From a phage, in the sequence record PZ386948.1: a stretch of DNA of 64,000 nucleotides; one strand, given 5' to 3'. Shown piece after piece: positions 1-10,711 of the stretch (positions are counted from its first letter, which is position 1; each line of letters starts with the position of its first letter). The notes under the pieces are model-generated. The model saw only the letters and a list, made by a program, of their open reading frames with translations. It ran no database searches and was not told where the DNA came from. Position numbers and translations under genes: made by a program.

Positions 1-1457
1 ATTTTCTTTTTCCAATCTTTACGTTGGAAAAATACTTTAGCGATTTCCTTTGGAATGATACCTTCTTGATGCTTATCATACATCCATCCATTCGGAGAAC
101 AAGAATATTCATCACTTGGCTTAGGAGCTGTTCCTGCGATATATTCATGAATTGGATGAACTTTAAACTGACCACGAATAGTCTCAGGACTAATGTTAAC
201 CTGACGAATAATGCTAGGATACAGAGACGTCAAGTCAAAACTCATAATGTATCGACGAGCAATCGGTTTAGGTTCAAATACAAATGCACCTGGAAAACTT
301 TGTTTAACGTGCGAACCTTGTTGAGGAATAACCTTATGTTCACCTTTCAACGAGTTAAAAATAATAGCATCCCAAGTTTTAATAGGACTCATTACACCAG
401 AAAAAGGCATTTTAGCATAATAAGACATACTTAAAACTAGATCGATAAACCCACGAATTTTATCAATTGCTTGAACTGATTCTACGTCAATGATGTTATA
501 ACTAATGTATCGTTGATGATTAGTCTCACGAAGTTTATTAATAGGACCGTCGTATGGCAATTTACCTTTTTTGGTTTCATGTTGAGCAACTGATTCCAAA
601 GAGAATGATGGCAAATTAGTAAATGCGAATTTCTTGTACAAATCTAAATAATCAAGAATAGATACGCCATCAATAGAATAAATTTCTTTGCTACCGTACA
701 TATTTTGAATTAGTTTAGATTTTACTCGACCGATTGGAGAGAAGCGTTTCATACTGCGTTCGCCCAGAACCATTTTAACACGATTCATGATATACGGAAC
801 GTCAAATCCCTCAATATTCCAGCCGGTAAAAATAGCAGGTCTTTTCTGTTCCCAGAGATTAATATATTCCATGAGCATATCACGCTCATTATCAAATGGC
901 ATATAAATTACTCGGTCAAGAATTTCTTGAGGAACTTCATCACCACCTTCACAGTCAAGTTTAGCAGCTAACTTTGCATCCCATTTTGATACTGAACCGT
1001 ACATTGAATTCAACAAATCAAAGACGTAAAAACGGTCGTCAATTGAATCATAATGAGTGATAGCATCAATTTCATATTCTGCTTTCATTGGGTCAGGAAA
1101 TTTATCACCAGTAACCTCAATGTCACAGTTAGCTACACGAACAAATTTTCGGTCATAAACAATTTCTGAACCATATGTATCACTGATATAAGCGAGTTTA
1201 AAATCGTTCATACCGAGAGCTTCGAGACCGATGTCTTCCATTCGCTTCATCCAATCTCGAGCATCTTTCATTGATGGAAATTTTTGAGGAGCGCAGTTTT
1301 TACCATAGATGTCTTTGTATTTTGACTCTTCCTTACAATGCCTAAACATAGTTGGAAGATATTCTACTTCACGAGTACGTTCCTTTCCGTTTTCATCAAT
1401 ATAACGTTCAACAATGTTATTTCCGACTGTTTCAATAGAGATATAAAATTCTTTCAT
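1..1457 (-). CDS. 43: DNA polymerase (T4 gp43-like), N-terminal part; rest of gene lies beyond window start
   Basis: Minus-strand ATG at 1455-1457 reads MKEFYISIE...; N-terminus matches remembered T4 gp43; openness of the frame to position 1 is assumed (no complete minus ORF in the track here), not traced; lies upstream of regA as in T4. Confidence 0.85.
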   Translation of the reverse strand, partial: MKEFYISIETVGNNIVERYIDENGKERTREVEYLPTMFRHCKEESKYKDIYGKNCAPQKFPSMKDARDWMKRMEDIGLEALGMNDFKLAYISDTYGSEIVYDRKFVRVANCDIEVTGDKFPDPMKAEYEIDAITHYDSIDDRFYVFDLLNSMYGSVSKWDAKLAAKLDCEGGDEVPQEILDRVIYMPFDNERDMLMEYINLWEQKRPAIFTGWNIEGFDVPYIMNRVKMVLGERSMKRFSPIGRVKSKLIQNMYGSKEIYSIDGVSILDYLDLYKKFAFTNLPSFSLESVAQHETKKGKLPYDGPINKLRETNHQRYISYNIIDVESVQAIDKIRGFIDLVLSMSYYAKMPFSGVMSPIKTWDAIIFNSLKGEHKVIPQQGSHVKQSFPGAFVFEPKPIARRYIMSFDLTSLYPSIIRQVNISPETIRGQFKVHPIHEYIAGTAPKPSDEYSCSPNGWMYDKHQEGIIPKEIAKVFFQRKDWKKK

Positions 1458-1515
1458 AGATATTCCTTAGTTTATAGCCCGAGTTATTAGGCTCTTGATA
1501 TATTATACTCCAATT

Positions 1516-1533
1516 AAGGGGCCGAAGCCCCTT
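1516..1533 (-). terminator. UUCG-tetraloop hairpin (terminator or RNA-stability element) between regA and 43
   Basis: aaggggccgaagcccctt; minus-strand RNA forms GGGGC-UUCG-GCCCC. Confidence 0.5.
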
Positions 1534-1535
1534 GC

Positions 1536-1904
1536 TTAATTACCAATCGTATATTTAGGAACGAGTTTCCATTCATGTTTTTGTTTAAAAGAAATAACTC
1601 GGAAGTTATTAGTTAAATCTTTCATAAAAGTTCTTTGACCAGGAACGATTTCAATCAGTCCCCAATCTTCTAACAACCATGCAATCGAATCACGACGAAC
1701 TTCATCTTCTTCTGTCATTTCAACCTGGCGACCATCCATACGAAGCATTTCTTTAAAATGAACGATATAGTATAGTCCTTTTTTCTGAAGAATATGACAG
1801 GACTGATACAGAACTTTATCTTTATTATTAGCAATTCCCATACGAGTCAAAGTTTCTTTTACTTTCAGAAAATCTTCAGGTTTTTTAAGAGTAATTTCAA
1901 TCAT
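1536..1904 (-). CDS. regA: RegA translational repressor
   Basis: 122 aa ORF MIEITLKKPEDFLKVKETLTRMG... matches remembered T4 RegA in sequence and length. Confidence 0.9.
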   Translation of the reverse strand: MIEITLKKPEDFLKVKETLTRMGIANNKDKVLYQSCHILQKKGLYYIVHFKEMLRMDGRQVEMTEEDEVRRDSIAWLLEDWGLIEIVPGQRTFMKDLTNNFRVISFKQKHEWKLVPKYTIGN

Positions 1905-1905
1905 T

Positions 1906-2469
1906 TTACCATTCCAATGCTAGTTTTTTGAGTTGTTTCTGTTCTTTTACGTTCTTAGTCACTTCTTTCAAAAAATCATCCGTGACTAATCCTTTAAGTT
2001 CTTTTAATACTAAAGGTAGTTTTCCATTTTTAGTAAGAATTGATTTATAGTTAATTGCATCATTTGTATTAACTTGATAACGCTTAGCAAGTAACTTAAT
2101 AATCAATACTTCGGTGGAATCTTCAACTAGTTTTGCCCATTTACCATATCTTTTACCACGAGGAACTGCAGCCATTAGATAATTAAAATGAGCTTCATCA
2201 CTTAATCCAGAACCGATTAAATTCATAGCATATACAGCTGGCATGCACTCTGGAAATTGTGATAATGCATTTTCAACCATGAATTTTGAATAATCTTTTT
2301 GAGCAATAGAGCATTTAGTTTTATTATTAATAGCTCCAATTATTTCAAAAAACTCATTTTCAGCTTTTTCTTTAAAAGAATCAGCAGCGGATTGGACAGC
2401 CGTCCAATCTTTTGAATACCAAGCAACTTGATGCTCGTTTAATTGAATATCATCTTCAAATAAGCTCAT
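1906..2469 (-). CDS. 62: clamp-loader small subunit gp62
   Basis: ORF 1906-2490; start placed at internal Met (MSLFEDD...) to give the 187 aa of T4 gp62; position between regA and 44. Confidence 0.8.
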   Translation of the reverse strand: MSLFEDDIQLNEHQVAWYSKDWTAVQSAADSFKEKAENEFFEIIGAINNKTKCSIAQKDYSKFMVENALSQFPECMPAVYAMNLIGSGLSDEAHFNYLMAAVPRGKRYGKWAKLVEDSTEVLIIKLLAKRYQVNTNDAINYKSILTKNGKLPLVLKELKGLVTDDFLKEVTKNVKEQKQLKKLALEW

Positions 2470-2470
2470 A

Positions 2471-3430
2471 TCACTTCCACTGCATTTCACATGCTAACTG
2501 AATGAAAAGATAAGCTAAATGCAATTCAGTATTAGCTGCAATACCATGATACTGATTATTTTCGCCGACAATTTCGTACATACGAATAATACTCTGTGGA
2601 GTTACACGTGAATAGATTTCTTCGGCAAGTTTACCCACGAACCACGAATAATCGGCTGCATATTTTGGTGCTAAAGCTCTGAGTTGTTTAACATCTTTAT
2701 TTTTGAGAGACTCAAGAACATCATCAATAGCACCACGATCGTTAGTAACCAGTGATAAAATACCAGCATCCAAAACACCTTTAGATGAATAACTATCGAG
2801 CTCGCCAATAGTTTTACGAAAATCAGGAAAATTCTTTTTAACCAAAGCTGCTACAACTTTCATATCAGCTATAGCAATTCCTTCATGCTTACAGATTTCA
2901 GTCAATCGACGAATCATCTGCTTCATCATTTCAATTTTATCTTCATCGGTCGGTTGACCGAACGTAATAACTCGGCAGCGTGACTGAAGTGGTTTAATAA
3001 TACCATCAATATTGTTAGCAGTAATAATAATACTACAGTTTGAACTATAAGCTTCCATAAAGGAACGAAGATGTCGCTGAGACTCTGCTAACCCTGAACG
3101 GTCAAATTCATCAATAACGATTACTTTTTGACGACCGTCAAATGAAGCTGCGCTGGCAAAATTAGTCAAAGGACCACGAACGAAATCAATTTTACAATCT
3201 GATCCATTCACAAACATCATATCAGCATTTACATCATGACACAATGCTTTCGCTACAGTTGTTTTACCTGTTCCTGGAGAAGGAGAATGAAGAATAATAT
3301 GTGGAATCTTACCTTTACTTGTAATAGATTTAAAGGTTTCTTTATCAAAGGCGGGAAGAATACATTCATCGATAGTAGATGGACGATATTTCTGTTCAAG
3401 AATGTGTTCTTTTTCATTTACGGTAATCAT
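2471..3430 (-). CDS. 44: clamp-loader ATPase gp44 (AAA+)
   Basis: Walker [11 protein letters not shown], Walker B VIVIDEFD; 319 aa from internal Met MITVNEK; T4 synteny. Confidence 0.9.
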
Positions 3431-3464
3431 AATTTCCTCATTCAAGTTTTAGTGTAAATTATAA

Positions 3465-3478
3465 AGGGCCGAAGCCCT
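3465..3478 (-). terminator. UUCG-tetraloop hairpin between 45 and 44
   Basis: agggccgaagccct. Confidence 0.5.
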
Positions 3479-3481
3479 CTA

Positions 3482-4168
3482 TTAAAAATCGTGGGTAGAA
3501 TCAGCTTCAAGAGCTACTACATAATTCGCATGTTCACCTTCAAATTTAGCAGCACCTTGTTTACCTTTTGCCCAGAGCAGAAGTTTATAATTTCCTGGTT
3601 GCATTTTCATATTTGCCATATTGATAATGAAATTAAATGTATTTTCACCATCATAATCACCAAGAGTCAAAGAATATTTAACACGGGTCAAAGCAGAATC
3701 TTCTACTTTATTAAAACCGTTAATTACGATTTTACCTTCTTTTACCGTGATAGCAATTGTATCAATTTGCAGACCACGAGATACACGCAACAGTTGTTGA
3801 AGGTCTTCAGCTTTAATTTCAGTAACAACAGATGCTACCGGGAATGGAATTGGTTTATTAGGAGCAACTACTGTACTCGGATCGGCTGCTGGCCAAAAAA
3901 TTGTTGAGCGGGCATCAGCAATTTTAATATTTCCATCTTCTGACTGGGAAATTTCTGCATCATCATTAACTAGCGACAGAATACCGAGAAAACCGTTCAA
4001 ATCGTAAATTGCTACATCAAAATCAATAACGTCAGAAATATTTGCTTCCGCATAAGTTGTACCATTAACTGCGCGAGTCATAATAAATTGACCGGATTTA
4101 AGCATAATACCGGAGTTAATAGTAGCGAAATTTTTAAGCAGAGCAGTAGTATCTTTAGACAGTTTCAT
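3482..4168 (-). CDS. 45: sliding clamp gp45
   Basis: 228 aa MKLSKDTTALLKNFATINSGIMLKSGQF... matches remembered T4 gp45. Confidence 0.93.
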   Translation of the reverse strand: MKLSKDTTALLKNFATINSGIMLKSGQFIMTRAVNGTTYAEANISDVIDFDVAIYDLNGFLGILSLVNDDAEISQSEDGNIKIADARSTIFWPAADPSTVVAPNKPIPFPVASVVTEIKAEDLQQLLRVSRGLQIDTIAITVKEGKIVINGFNKVEDSALTRVKYSLTLGDYDGENTFNFIINMANMKMQPGNYKLLLWAKGKQGAAKFEGEHANYVVALEADSTHDF

Positions 4169-4223
4169 GTAATTTCCTTCAATTCAAATGAGATTTAATT
4201 TTATAACTAATTTAATAAAGCAA

Positions 4224-4613
4224 TTAACGATTAAAATCAGCCGCAATTGTTTCCGCAACAATTTGAGCAGCAACAATTAGACGTTCATCTGCATTACCAC
4301 AATAATCATCTTCAAGGCGTTCACCACATGAAGTCATAATAAATTTAGCACCGGCGTTTAGGGATTCTGTAGTATGTTTGCGCATTAGTTCAATCCATTT
4401 ATTACTTACTTCACGATCGATAGCTTCATAATACGCATGACGAGCAGGTGCAGATTTAATTTTGTTCTGAATAACTTCCATTGCGTTATCAGAAAGAGAC
4501 AAAACCCATGCTCGACGAATTTTATTTTGATTTTGTGGATTTGATTCAGAACGCACGTGTTTTGGCTGAATATCTTTTACATCAACAGTATAATTCACAG
4601 TAATTTTAGTCAT
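4224..4613 (-). CDS. rpbA: RNA polymerase-binding protein RpbA
   Basis: 129 aa ORF immediately downstream (minus strand) of gene 45 as in T4; length matches. Confidence 0.7.
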
Positions 4614-4622
4614 AATACACCT

Positions 4623-4811
4623 TTAATCATAATAATCAGTAACAGTCCAAGCTTCATTTCTATTGGACATTATTTTTGTATATTCTGCTTTAAATGCATT
4701 CTTAAGCATAGATTCAGTAACTATATGCTCTTCATTAGAAAAATTATTTCTCAGAATATATCGTTTTATTTCAGGAATAGTTAATAGATGCTGTCCAGTT
4801 GAATATTCCAT
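4623..4811 (-). CDS. hypothetical protein (45.2-like)
   Basis: 62 aa ORF between rpbA and 46; position as T4 45.2. Confidence 0.5.
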   Translation of the reverse strand: MEYSTGQHLLTIPEIKRYILRNNFSNEEHIVTESMLKNAFKAEYTKIMSNRNEAWTVTDYYD

Positions 4812-4866
4812 GTTTTTCCTCCATAGAGATTATACTCTAATAAATTAAAGCATAATCTCTTATAAA

Positions 4867-6549
4867 TTAAACCATTACAGTAAATCGACCAACTTTCTTC
4901 ATTTGAAGATGCTGACCATATTCTTGCGGGTCATGGTCTTTATGTGAAATTATAAAAACATTAGTGTTTTTCATTGAATTTATAATATTAGCTACACCTT
5001 TAATACCTTCGGCATCAAATGACCCATCAAACACTTCATCGAGTATTAATGTACTAATACTAACACCAGATACAATAGAAGCAATATCACGCCAAGTAAA
5101 TAAAAGAGCAATATCAATTCGTGCTTTTTCACCTTCACTAAATGAAGCATAACTAAAATCTTCACGACCACGGGATTTAATTGTCTCATTAAATTCTTCA
5201 TCTAATGTAAACACATAATCCGCTTCCATTATTTTAAGATAATGGTTAATCTGCTTATTAAATAATGGAATGTACTTTTTAATAATAGCACCTTTAATAC
5301 CAGAATCTTTGAGCATATCAGTCAAAATTCCTCGGTGGTATTTTTCCATTACTAAATTAGTTTTTGTCTTAACAATTTTATCAAGTTCTTCTTGAAGCAG
5401 TGCTATTTCATCAGCATGGTCAATAAACTCAGAAGATGCTTTTTCTATAGCCGCTTTAACTTTTTTGGCTTTATCTACCGTCGTGATTAGAGATTGCTTT
5501 TTATTGCGAATATCATTTGCCAACGACTGTTGGGTTTTAATATTATCTCGGTATTCATCAACAAGAACTTTTAAATTATCACGATGTGTTGAAAGCTGTT
5601 CAAACGAATGCGTACATTCAGAAACTTTATCTTTAATTTTAGAAACAACTTTATCACCGGAACTCAATTGTGACAAACAGGTTGGACATAATCCACCTTC
5701 GTGATACATATTAATGACTTTATTATACGAGTCAATTTTTGATTTAATTAAAACTGCTTCTTGACCGATTTTATTAAATGCATCAGTCGGGTCTTCATCC
5801 AAAACAATATTAACTAATCTTTCGTTAGCTTCTTCTATTTCCGATTTTAGCGTTCTAGCTTCTTTTGCCAAATCATCATACATATTTTGCAGACGAGTAA
5901 GGTTGTCACCCGTTAATTTTTTCTGGCGTTCAACGTTATCATTATATATTTTAATTTGTTGGATAATACTATCTTTTTTAACATCAAGCACTTGGTTCTG
6001 CGAATTTAATTCACGTATTAGTGCTTTATTAAGCTTATCCATTTCAGCTAATGTTCCTACCTCAAGCAGGTCTTCCACAAGCTTTCTTCGCGCAGGGGTC
6101 GACAAACCCATGAAAGGGGTATACCCTGCTGTACCAAGGACAACAATCTGCTTGAAACTGGCATATGACATTCCGATAAGCTGTTCAAATTCTGCTTGGA
6201 AATCTTTACTGCTGGCAGATTCATTAAGACGTGTACCGTTAACGGTGATTTCGAAAACGTTTGGTTTTTGTCCTCTTTTGATATAGTACTTTTTCTCATC
6301 ATATTCCATCCACAGTTCAACTAAAAGTTCTTTCTTATTTGTGCTGTTTATTAATTGACCTTTCTTTACATCACGAAATGGTTTGCCAAAAAGCCCAAAT
6401 GTGATGGCTTCTAACATAGTAGACTTACCACCGCCATTTCGGCCAGTAATAAGAGTTTTTTGAACCTTATCTAATTGAATGTCAACTCCATTTTGACCAA
6501 CTGACATTATATTTTTATATTTTACTCTATTAAGTTTAAATGATTTCAT
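4867..6549 (-). CDS. 46: recombination endonuclease subunit gp46 (Rad50/SbcC-like ATPase)
   Basis: 560 aa; Walker A GRNGGGKST near N-terminus, long central coiled coil with CPTC zinc hook, C-terminal LILDEVFDGSFD signature region. Confidence 0.9.
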   Translation of the reverse strand: MKSFKLNRVKYKNIMSVGQNGVDIQLDKVQKTLITGRNGGGKSTMLEAITFGLFGKPFRDVKKGQLINSTNKKELLVELWMEYDEKKYYIKRGQKPNVFEITVNGTRLNESASSKDFQAEFEQLIGMSYASFKQIVVLGTAGYTPFMGLSTPARRKLVEDLLEVGTLAEMDKLNKALIRELNSQNQVLDVKKDSIIQQIKIYNDNVERQKKLTGDNLTRLQNMYDDLAKEARTLKSEIEEANERLVNIVLDEDPTDAFNKIGQEAVLIKSKIDSYNKVINMYHEGGLCPTCLSQLSSGDKVVSKIKDKVSECTHSFEQLSTHRDNLKVLVDEYRDNIKTQQSLANDIRNKKQSLITTVDKAKKVKAAIEKASSEFIDHADEIALLQEELDKIVKTKTNLVMEKYHRGILTDMLKDSGIKGAIIKKYIPLFNKQINHYLKIMEADYVFTLDEEFNETIKSRGREDFSYASFSEGEKARIDIALLFTWRDIASIVSGVSISTLILDEVFDGSFDAEGIKGVANIINSMKNTNVFIISHKDHDPQEYGQHLQMKKVGRFTVMV

Positions 6550-6564
6550 TTTGTATCCAATTGT

Positions 6565-7419
6565 TCACAATGAAGAAAATTCTTTAACTAAAGCCTGTAA
6601 TGAAGCCTCTATTGGATATCCATTCTTAACTAACATTTTCCTAAACATTACATGTTTAGGACGATTATATGATATCCACAATTCATACAATTTATCTTTA
6701 TTATCCCAATGATAGCCTTTTCGTCGAGATGCTATATGAGCTTTTCTAATCTCCGGATTTTTCCAACTAGCAGCTACTGAATTTGATATAGCTATTTTAT
6801 ATTCAGGTTTTGATAAAGCAGCACGAACAGCCTTTTGGTGTTTAATTTTATTTTCTTCGTTATTAAACCATTCCCTTGAAGCCATTGAAATTTTTTGTTT
6901 TGTTTTAAAATTATTTAATCTTTCTTTATTATCTTTCCTATTTTTTGCTACTGAAAAATATTTTAATGCCCTTTCTCTAGCAGCATTTCTATTTTGCGGA
7001 TTTGAATAATACTGTTGAAGCCTTTTTGATATTGTGTCACTTACATCTTGTTTTATAAAACTATATTCAGCAGCTATTAAATCAACTTCGGCTAAAGATA
7101 AATTTTTATATGTTTTTCCTGACATCATTCTATTTAAAGCATTTAGCATTTTTCCATTTTTACCTTTTGCTAATAAGAAGTGTGCTTTAAAATGATTAAA
7201 ATGACTTAAATTAACTAAATTCCATGTAGATTTTAAATATTCAGGAAATATTGATTTAGGAAGCACGTGGTGTGCTTCCGTTTTACCTGGAGTTTTAACA
7301 GTTGAATTCACAGAAATAAAATTAATGTAAGACTTGGCGTCTTCTTCACTCAACGCTAATTTTTCAACTAATTCCTTTATTAAAAATTCATCATTAATGT
7401 CAAGTTTAAAATTCTTCAC
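6565..7419 (-). CDS. HNH homing endonuclease (Mob-like)
   Basis: 284 aa; HNH motif EAHHVLPKS...NLVNLSHFNHFKAHFLL; C-terminal region resembles ORF 27295-28074; inserted between 46 and 47. Confidence 0.65.
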   Translation of the reverse strand: MKNFKLDINDEFLIKELVEKLALSEEDAKSYINFISVNSTVKTPGKTEAHHVLPKSIFPEYLKSTWNLVNLSHFNHFKAHFLLAKGKNGKMLNALNRMMSGKTYKNLSLAEVDLIAAEYSFIKQDVSDTISKRLQQYYSNPQNRNAARERALKYFSVAKNRKDNKERLNNFKTKQKISMASREWFNNEENKIKHQKAVRAALSKPEYKIAISNSVAASWKNPEIRKAHIASRRKGYHWDNKDKLYELWISYNRPKHVMFRKMLVKNGYPIEASLQALVKEFSSL

Positions 7420-7679
7420 AAAAGATTCCTTTTAATGTATCTTTTAGACCATTCTATCATATCATCATAATCTAAAAAGTATTCATCAAATTCAGCCATG
7501 CAAACAACGCCTTGTGCTGCTTTTGATGTGATATAAATTATTCCAACATATCTAGAATCTTCTTCGGTGTAATCAATATTTGCTATGAATTCATCATTAA
7601 TGTCAAATGTCGAAAACTTCACAGTATGCATCCTTAATACAAGATACAGCCATATCTCGTAATGATTTAGGTGTGTCAT
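7416..7679 (-). CDS. hypothetical protein
   Basis: 87 aa ORF, start overlaps next ORF; between 46 and 47. Confidence 0.4.
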   Translation of the reverse strand: MTHLNHYEIWLYLVLRMHTVKFSTFDINDEFIANIDYTEEDSRYVGIIYITSKAAQGVVCMAEFDEYFLDYDDMIEWSKRYIKRNLL

Positions 7680-7866
7680 TATCTAAAATGTTGAAGTTAA
7701 AAGATACAGCCCAGTCAGTGCAGACTGTAACCTTTTTAATACAATTATCTTCAACCTCTAGCGGTTCAAACCAATATTCAATAATTTCTTTATGACCAAT
7801 ATCATCTTTTACTTCGCATTCAAAATGCTGACTCATCATAACATTTTTAAATTCATCAAAAGTCAT
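7603..7866 (-). CDS. hypothetical protein
   Basis: 87 aa ORF whose stop overlaps gp47 start (ATGA-type coupling). Confidence 0.4.
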   Translation of the reverse strand: MTFDEFKNVMMSQHFECEVKDDIGHKEIIEYWFEPLEVEDNCIKKVTVCTDWAVSFNFNILDNDTPKSLRDMAVSCIKDAYCEVFDI

Positions 7867-8882
7867 TGTGTTGCCTCTACATATAGCTGATTCGCATATT
7901 GAATAAGTGCTTCACGGTCAGAATCAGTGATGTCTGGAATTGCATTAATGTATTCTTCCATCAACGTCTGAAGAGATTGAACTTCAACTTCTTCACTTTC
8001 ATCTGACTCGACAGAGTTATCAATTTTTGACACAACTCGTAATGAATGCACAACTTTTTCTAGTTCAGATTCGAACTTCGTCAGATTTTTGTCTACCTCA
8101 GTTACTATAACACGTACTGATAGATTTGTAAAATCTTTATAGTCAATTTTTCCTTTAAATGGATAATGAATTCTACGATGCCAGGTAGTATTGTTTGGAA
8201 TAAATTCCATTCGTTCTGTTTCTGTATCAAACATCCAGAACCCACGAGGGTCATTCTCGTCACCTGCAGTTAGTGTCCATGGTGTCCCAATATATCTGAC
8301 GTTAGCAGCCTCAGAGATAGTATGGAAGTGACCAGACCACACCTCTTTATAAGTCTTAAGGAAATCAGGTTCAAGACCGTGAGATTTCATTCCTTTATAA
8401 AAATAAAATCCATTCAGCTCCCAGTGACCAACACAAAAAGAAGCAGATGAAGTTTTGATGTGTTCAAGAATTTCACCAGTATTTTCTTCACACATCCAAG
8501 GAATTAAATCAATCAAACATCCGTCAAAATCTACTGTAGTAGGCTTATCATACACTTTAACATTAGGATATTTAGCCAAAAGCTCAGTAGAGGCATTTGG
8601 AGTTAAAGTATTTTTAAAGTGCATATCATGGTTTCCTACAACAGTATGTAGGGTAATACCAGCATCATCAAGCATTTGAACTATTTCACGAGCGAACTCC
8701 ATAGTTTTATGTGTGATTGCTTTTCGCACATCAAAAATATCACCATATTGAATCCATACAGTAATTCCATTTTTCTTAGAATATTCTATCGCTTGCTTAA
8801 TTCCATCAATTTGAATACCGCGAATCCACTCATCATCGGCTTTAACGCCTAAATGCCAATCACCTAAATTTAAAATTTTCAT
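7863..8882 (-). CDS. 47: recombination endonuclease subunit gp47 (Mre11/SbcD-like)
   Basis: 339 aa; calcineurin-like phosphoesterase motifs LGDWHLG, GDIFD, GNHD, GHWE, GHFH. Confidence 0.9.
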   Translation of the reverse strand: MKILNLGDWHLGVKADDEWIRGIQIDGIKQAIEYSKKNGITVWIQYGDIFDVRKAITHKTMEFAREIVQMLDDAGITLHTVVGNHDMHFKNTLTPNASTELLAKYPNVKVYDKPTTVDFDGCLIDLIPWMCEENTGEILEHIKTSSASFCVGHWELNGFYFYKGMKSHGLEPDFLKTYKEVWSGHFHTISEAANVRYIGTPWTLTAGDENDPRGFWMFDTETERMEFIPNNTTWHRRIHYPFKGKIDYKDFTNLSVRVIVTEVDKNLTKFESELEKVVHSLRVVSKIDNSVESDESEEVEVQSLQTLMEEYINAIPDITDSDREALIQYANQLYVEATQ

Positions 8883-9045
8883 ATATCAAGAACCGTCATT
8901 GAAATGCAAAATAAAATTATTGAAATAAACCCATCTGGTGTGCTAAAGAACCCAATCCAACATGCTCTAGTGAATAGATAAAATGCAAGAAAAAGTATCA
9001 CATATCCAAGAAATATCATTATATCAAACTCCGTATAAAGCTAAA

Positions 9046-9059
9046 GGGCCGAAGCCCTT
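9046..9059 (-). terminator. UUCG-tetraloop hairpin downstream of gene 47 region / upstream of a-gt stop
   Basis: agggccgaagccct flanked by A/T runs. Confidence 0.5.
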
Positions 9060-10261
9060 TATTTTGTAATAATGTCAAACTGTTCTTTAAAGCAGAAGCT
9101 TGAATCTTGATGCTGATACAAAAATTCATATGCTTTTTCTCGCTCACGGTCATAAAGAGCTCGGTCAGATGACAGTTCTTTAATACGTTCAAATGTTGAT
9201 TCCATATCATTTTCATCAAACCAAATGATACCGCTATCATGCGAGGTCAAAGGAGTATTATCAACACGGAATTTTAAATTTTCGCCAGTAGATTTCCAAA
9301 ATACCGGAATTGTTCCACATGCACCAAGCTCGAGATGAGTATATTCTAAAGAACGTTGTAGATATTTTTTATCCAACTTACTCAACTGATAACCAAATCC
9401 GGATTTACTCATACGTTCAAGCATTTCGCTATTTACATAACGGTCAAGAATTTGCGTTGGCAAATTAGGAGCAATTTTAATTTGGTCTACTTGATGAAGA
9501 CGATAATACTCGTATGGAATTCCTTTTTCTTTAATAGGAATGAACGCTGGAGAACGTTCCAGACCTTCCATAATAGTACTTAGTCCTGCAGGTTTAAGAT
9601 GTTTTTCGTGAAAATCAAACATCTGATAAAAACCTTTCCATGTAGTCGTACGACCAATCCAACGGTTGATATTCATGTTAATTTCAGAAACATCTTTCCA
9701 GTAGGTTGACCGAACCTTCGCAATATCCATAGGAGGCTGAAAGTTATATACTGTCGGTGCTTCTTCAATATCATCAAACAGAGAAACTGTTTCTGGATAC
9801 CATTCTTTCATCAGAACTTTATTAAAATCGCCATTATCAGAATGACTAAAAATAACATCAGCTCGACGAACAGTTTCTTCTAATCCCAAATTTCGGCGCA
9901 AAGAAAGAGAAGAATGGTCATGTTGATAAACTACAACACGAACAGAAGGTTTAATGTTATCAATAATTTTTTTATAGTTATTAATAGTGTCTTCTTCAAC
10001 CGAAGTAGCAGGAACTGAATTGATAATTAGAATATCACAATCATTTACCAGCTTAAGTGTTTTATCATATTCTTTTGCCAATAAAACCGGAATTGAAAAT
10101 GATTTATAATCATGCGCGCAATTACGAGTAAATGATTTATCTTTAGCATAAACCAAAGTTACTTCATGACCATTTTTAATAAACCAATCACGTTGCTCAA
10201 GAGAAAATTTAGTTACACCACAACCTTCAAGACCTCGAGCCATAAAAATACATACTTTCAT
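9059..10261 (-). CDS. a-gt: DNA alpha-glucosyltransferase
   Basis: 400 aa; MKVCIFMARGLEGCGVTKFSLEQRDWFIKNGHEV... closely matches remembered T4 alpha-gt. Confidence 0.85.
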   Translation of the reverse strand: MKVCIFMARGLEGCGVTKFSLEQRDWFIKNGHEVTLVYAKDKSFTRNCAHDYKSFSIPVLLAKEYDKTLKLVNDCDILIINSVPATSVEEDTINNYKKIIDNIKPSVRVVVYQHDHSSLSLRRNLGLEETVRRADVIFSHSDNGDFNKVLMKEWYPETVSLFDDIEEAPTVYNFQPPMDIAKVRSTYWKDVSEINMNINRWIGRTTTWKGFYQMFDFHEKHLKPAGLSTIMEGLERSPAFIPIKEKGIPYEYYRLHQVDQIKIAPNLPTQILDRYVNSEMLERMSKSGFGYQLSKLDKKYLQRSLEYTHLELGACGTIPVFWKSTGENLKFRVDNTPLTSHDSGIIWFDENDMESTFERIKELSSDRALYDREREKAYEFLYQHQDSSFCFKEQFDIITK

Positions 10262-10504
10262 TTAATATCCTCTTTGTTTTGGTTTATTTTACCAAAAATT
10301 TATAAAGCAATATAGGAGCCGAAGCTCCTATCCACATAATACGCCATACAGAGACTCGTTAGAACTTTTAAATTTTATGCGCTTATATGTTATAGTTCCT
10401 TCTGCTTTAGCTTTATCATGAGACTCTTTAAAGCGTCTCATCATTTCCTCTTTAGAGGAACGAATTTTATTATAATCTATTTCAGAAGTCTGGATGTTCA
10501 TCTT

Positions 10505-10711
10505 TCACAGTTGCCACCATTTTTTGACTTGATAAGAATCAACCCACACTTTCATATTAGGGTCTGCTCTTACAATAGGAGGATTAACTTCTTTAATTGA
10601 ACTATCATGGTATTCTTTTTCAGAAATTTTCACACAAAGATGACCATTCAAAGATTCAGTAAATCCTGCATTAATTTTAAGACGCTTGAATTTTACGTGT
10701 GTAAGCATCAA
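10505..10711 (-). CDS. hypothetical protein
   Basis: 68 aa ORF, overlaps neighbour. Confidence 0.35.
   Translation of the reverse strand: MMLTHVKFKRLKINAGFTESLNGHLCVKISEKEYHDSSIKEVNPPIVRADPNMKVWVDSYQVKKWWQL

Noticed and set aside
24-434. Plus-strand 136-aa ORF inside the gene 43 region
   Set aside because: Antisense to the DNA polymerase coding sequence; low-complexity translation; same applies to other plus-strand ORFs within minus-strand genes (e.g. 3236-3457, 5903-6286, 8455-8679, 15623-15838, 25304-25543, 27542-27781).
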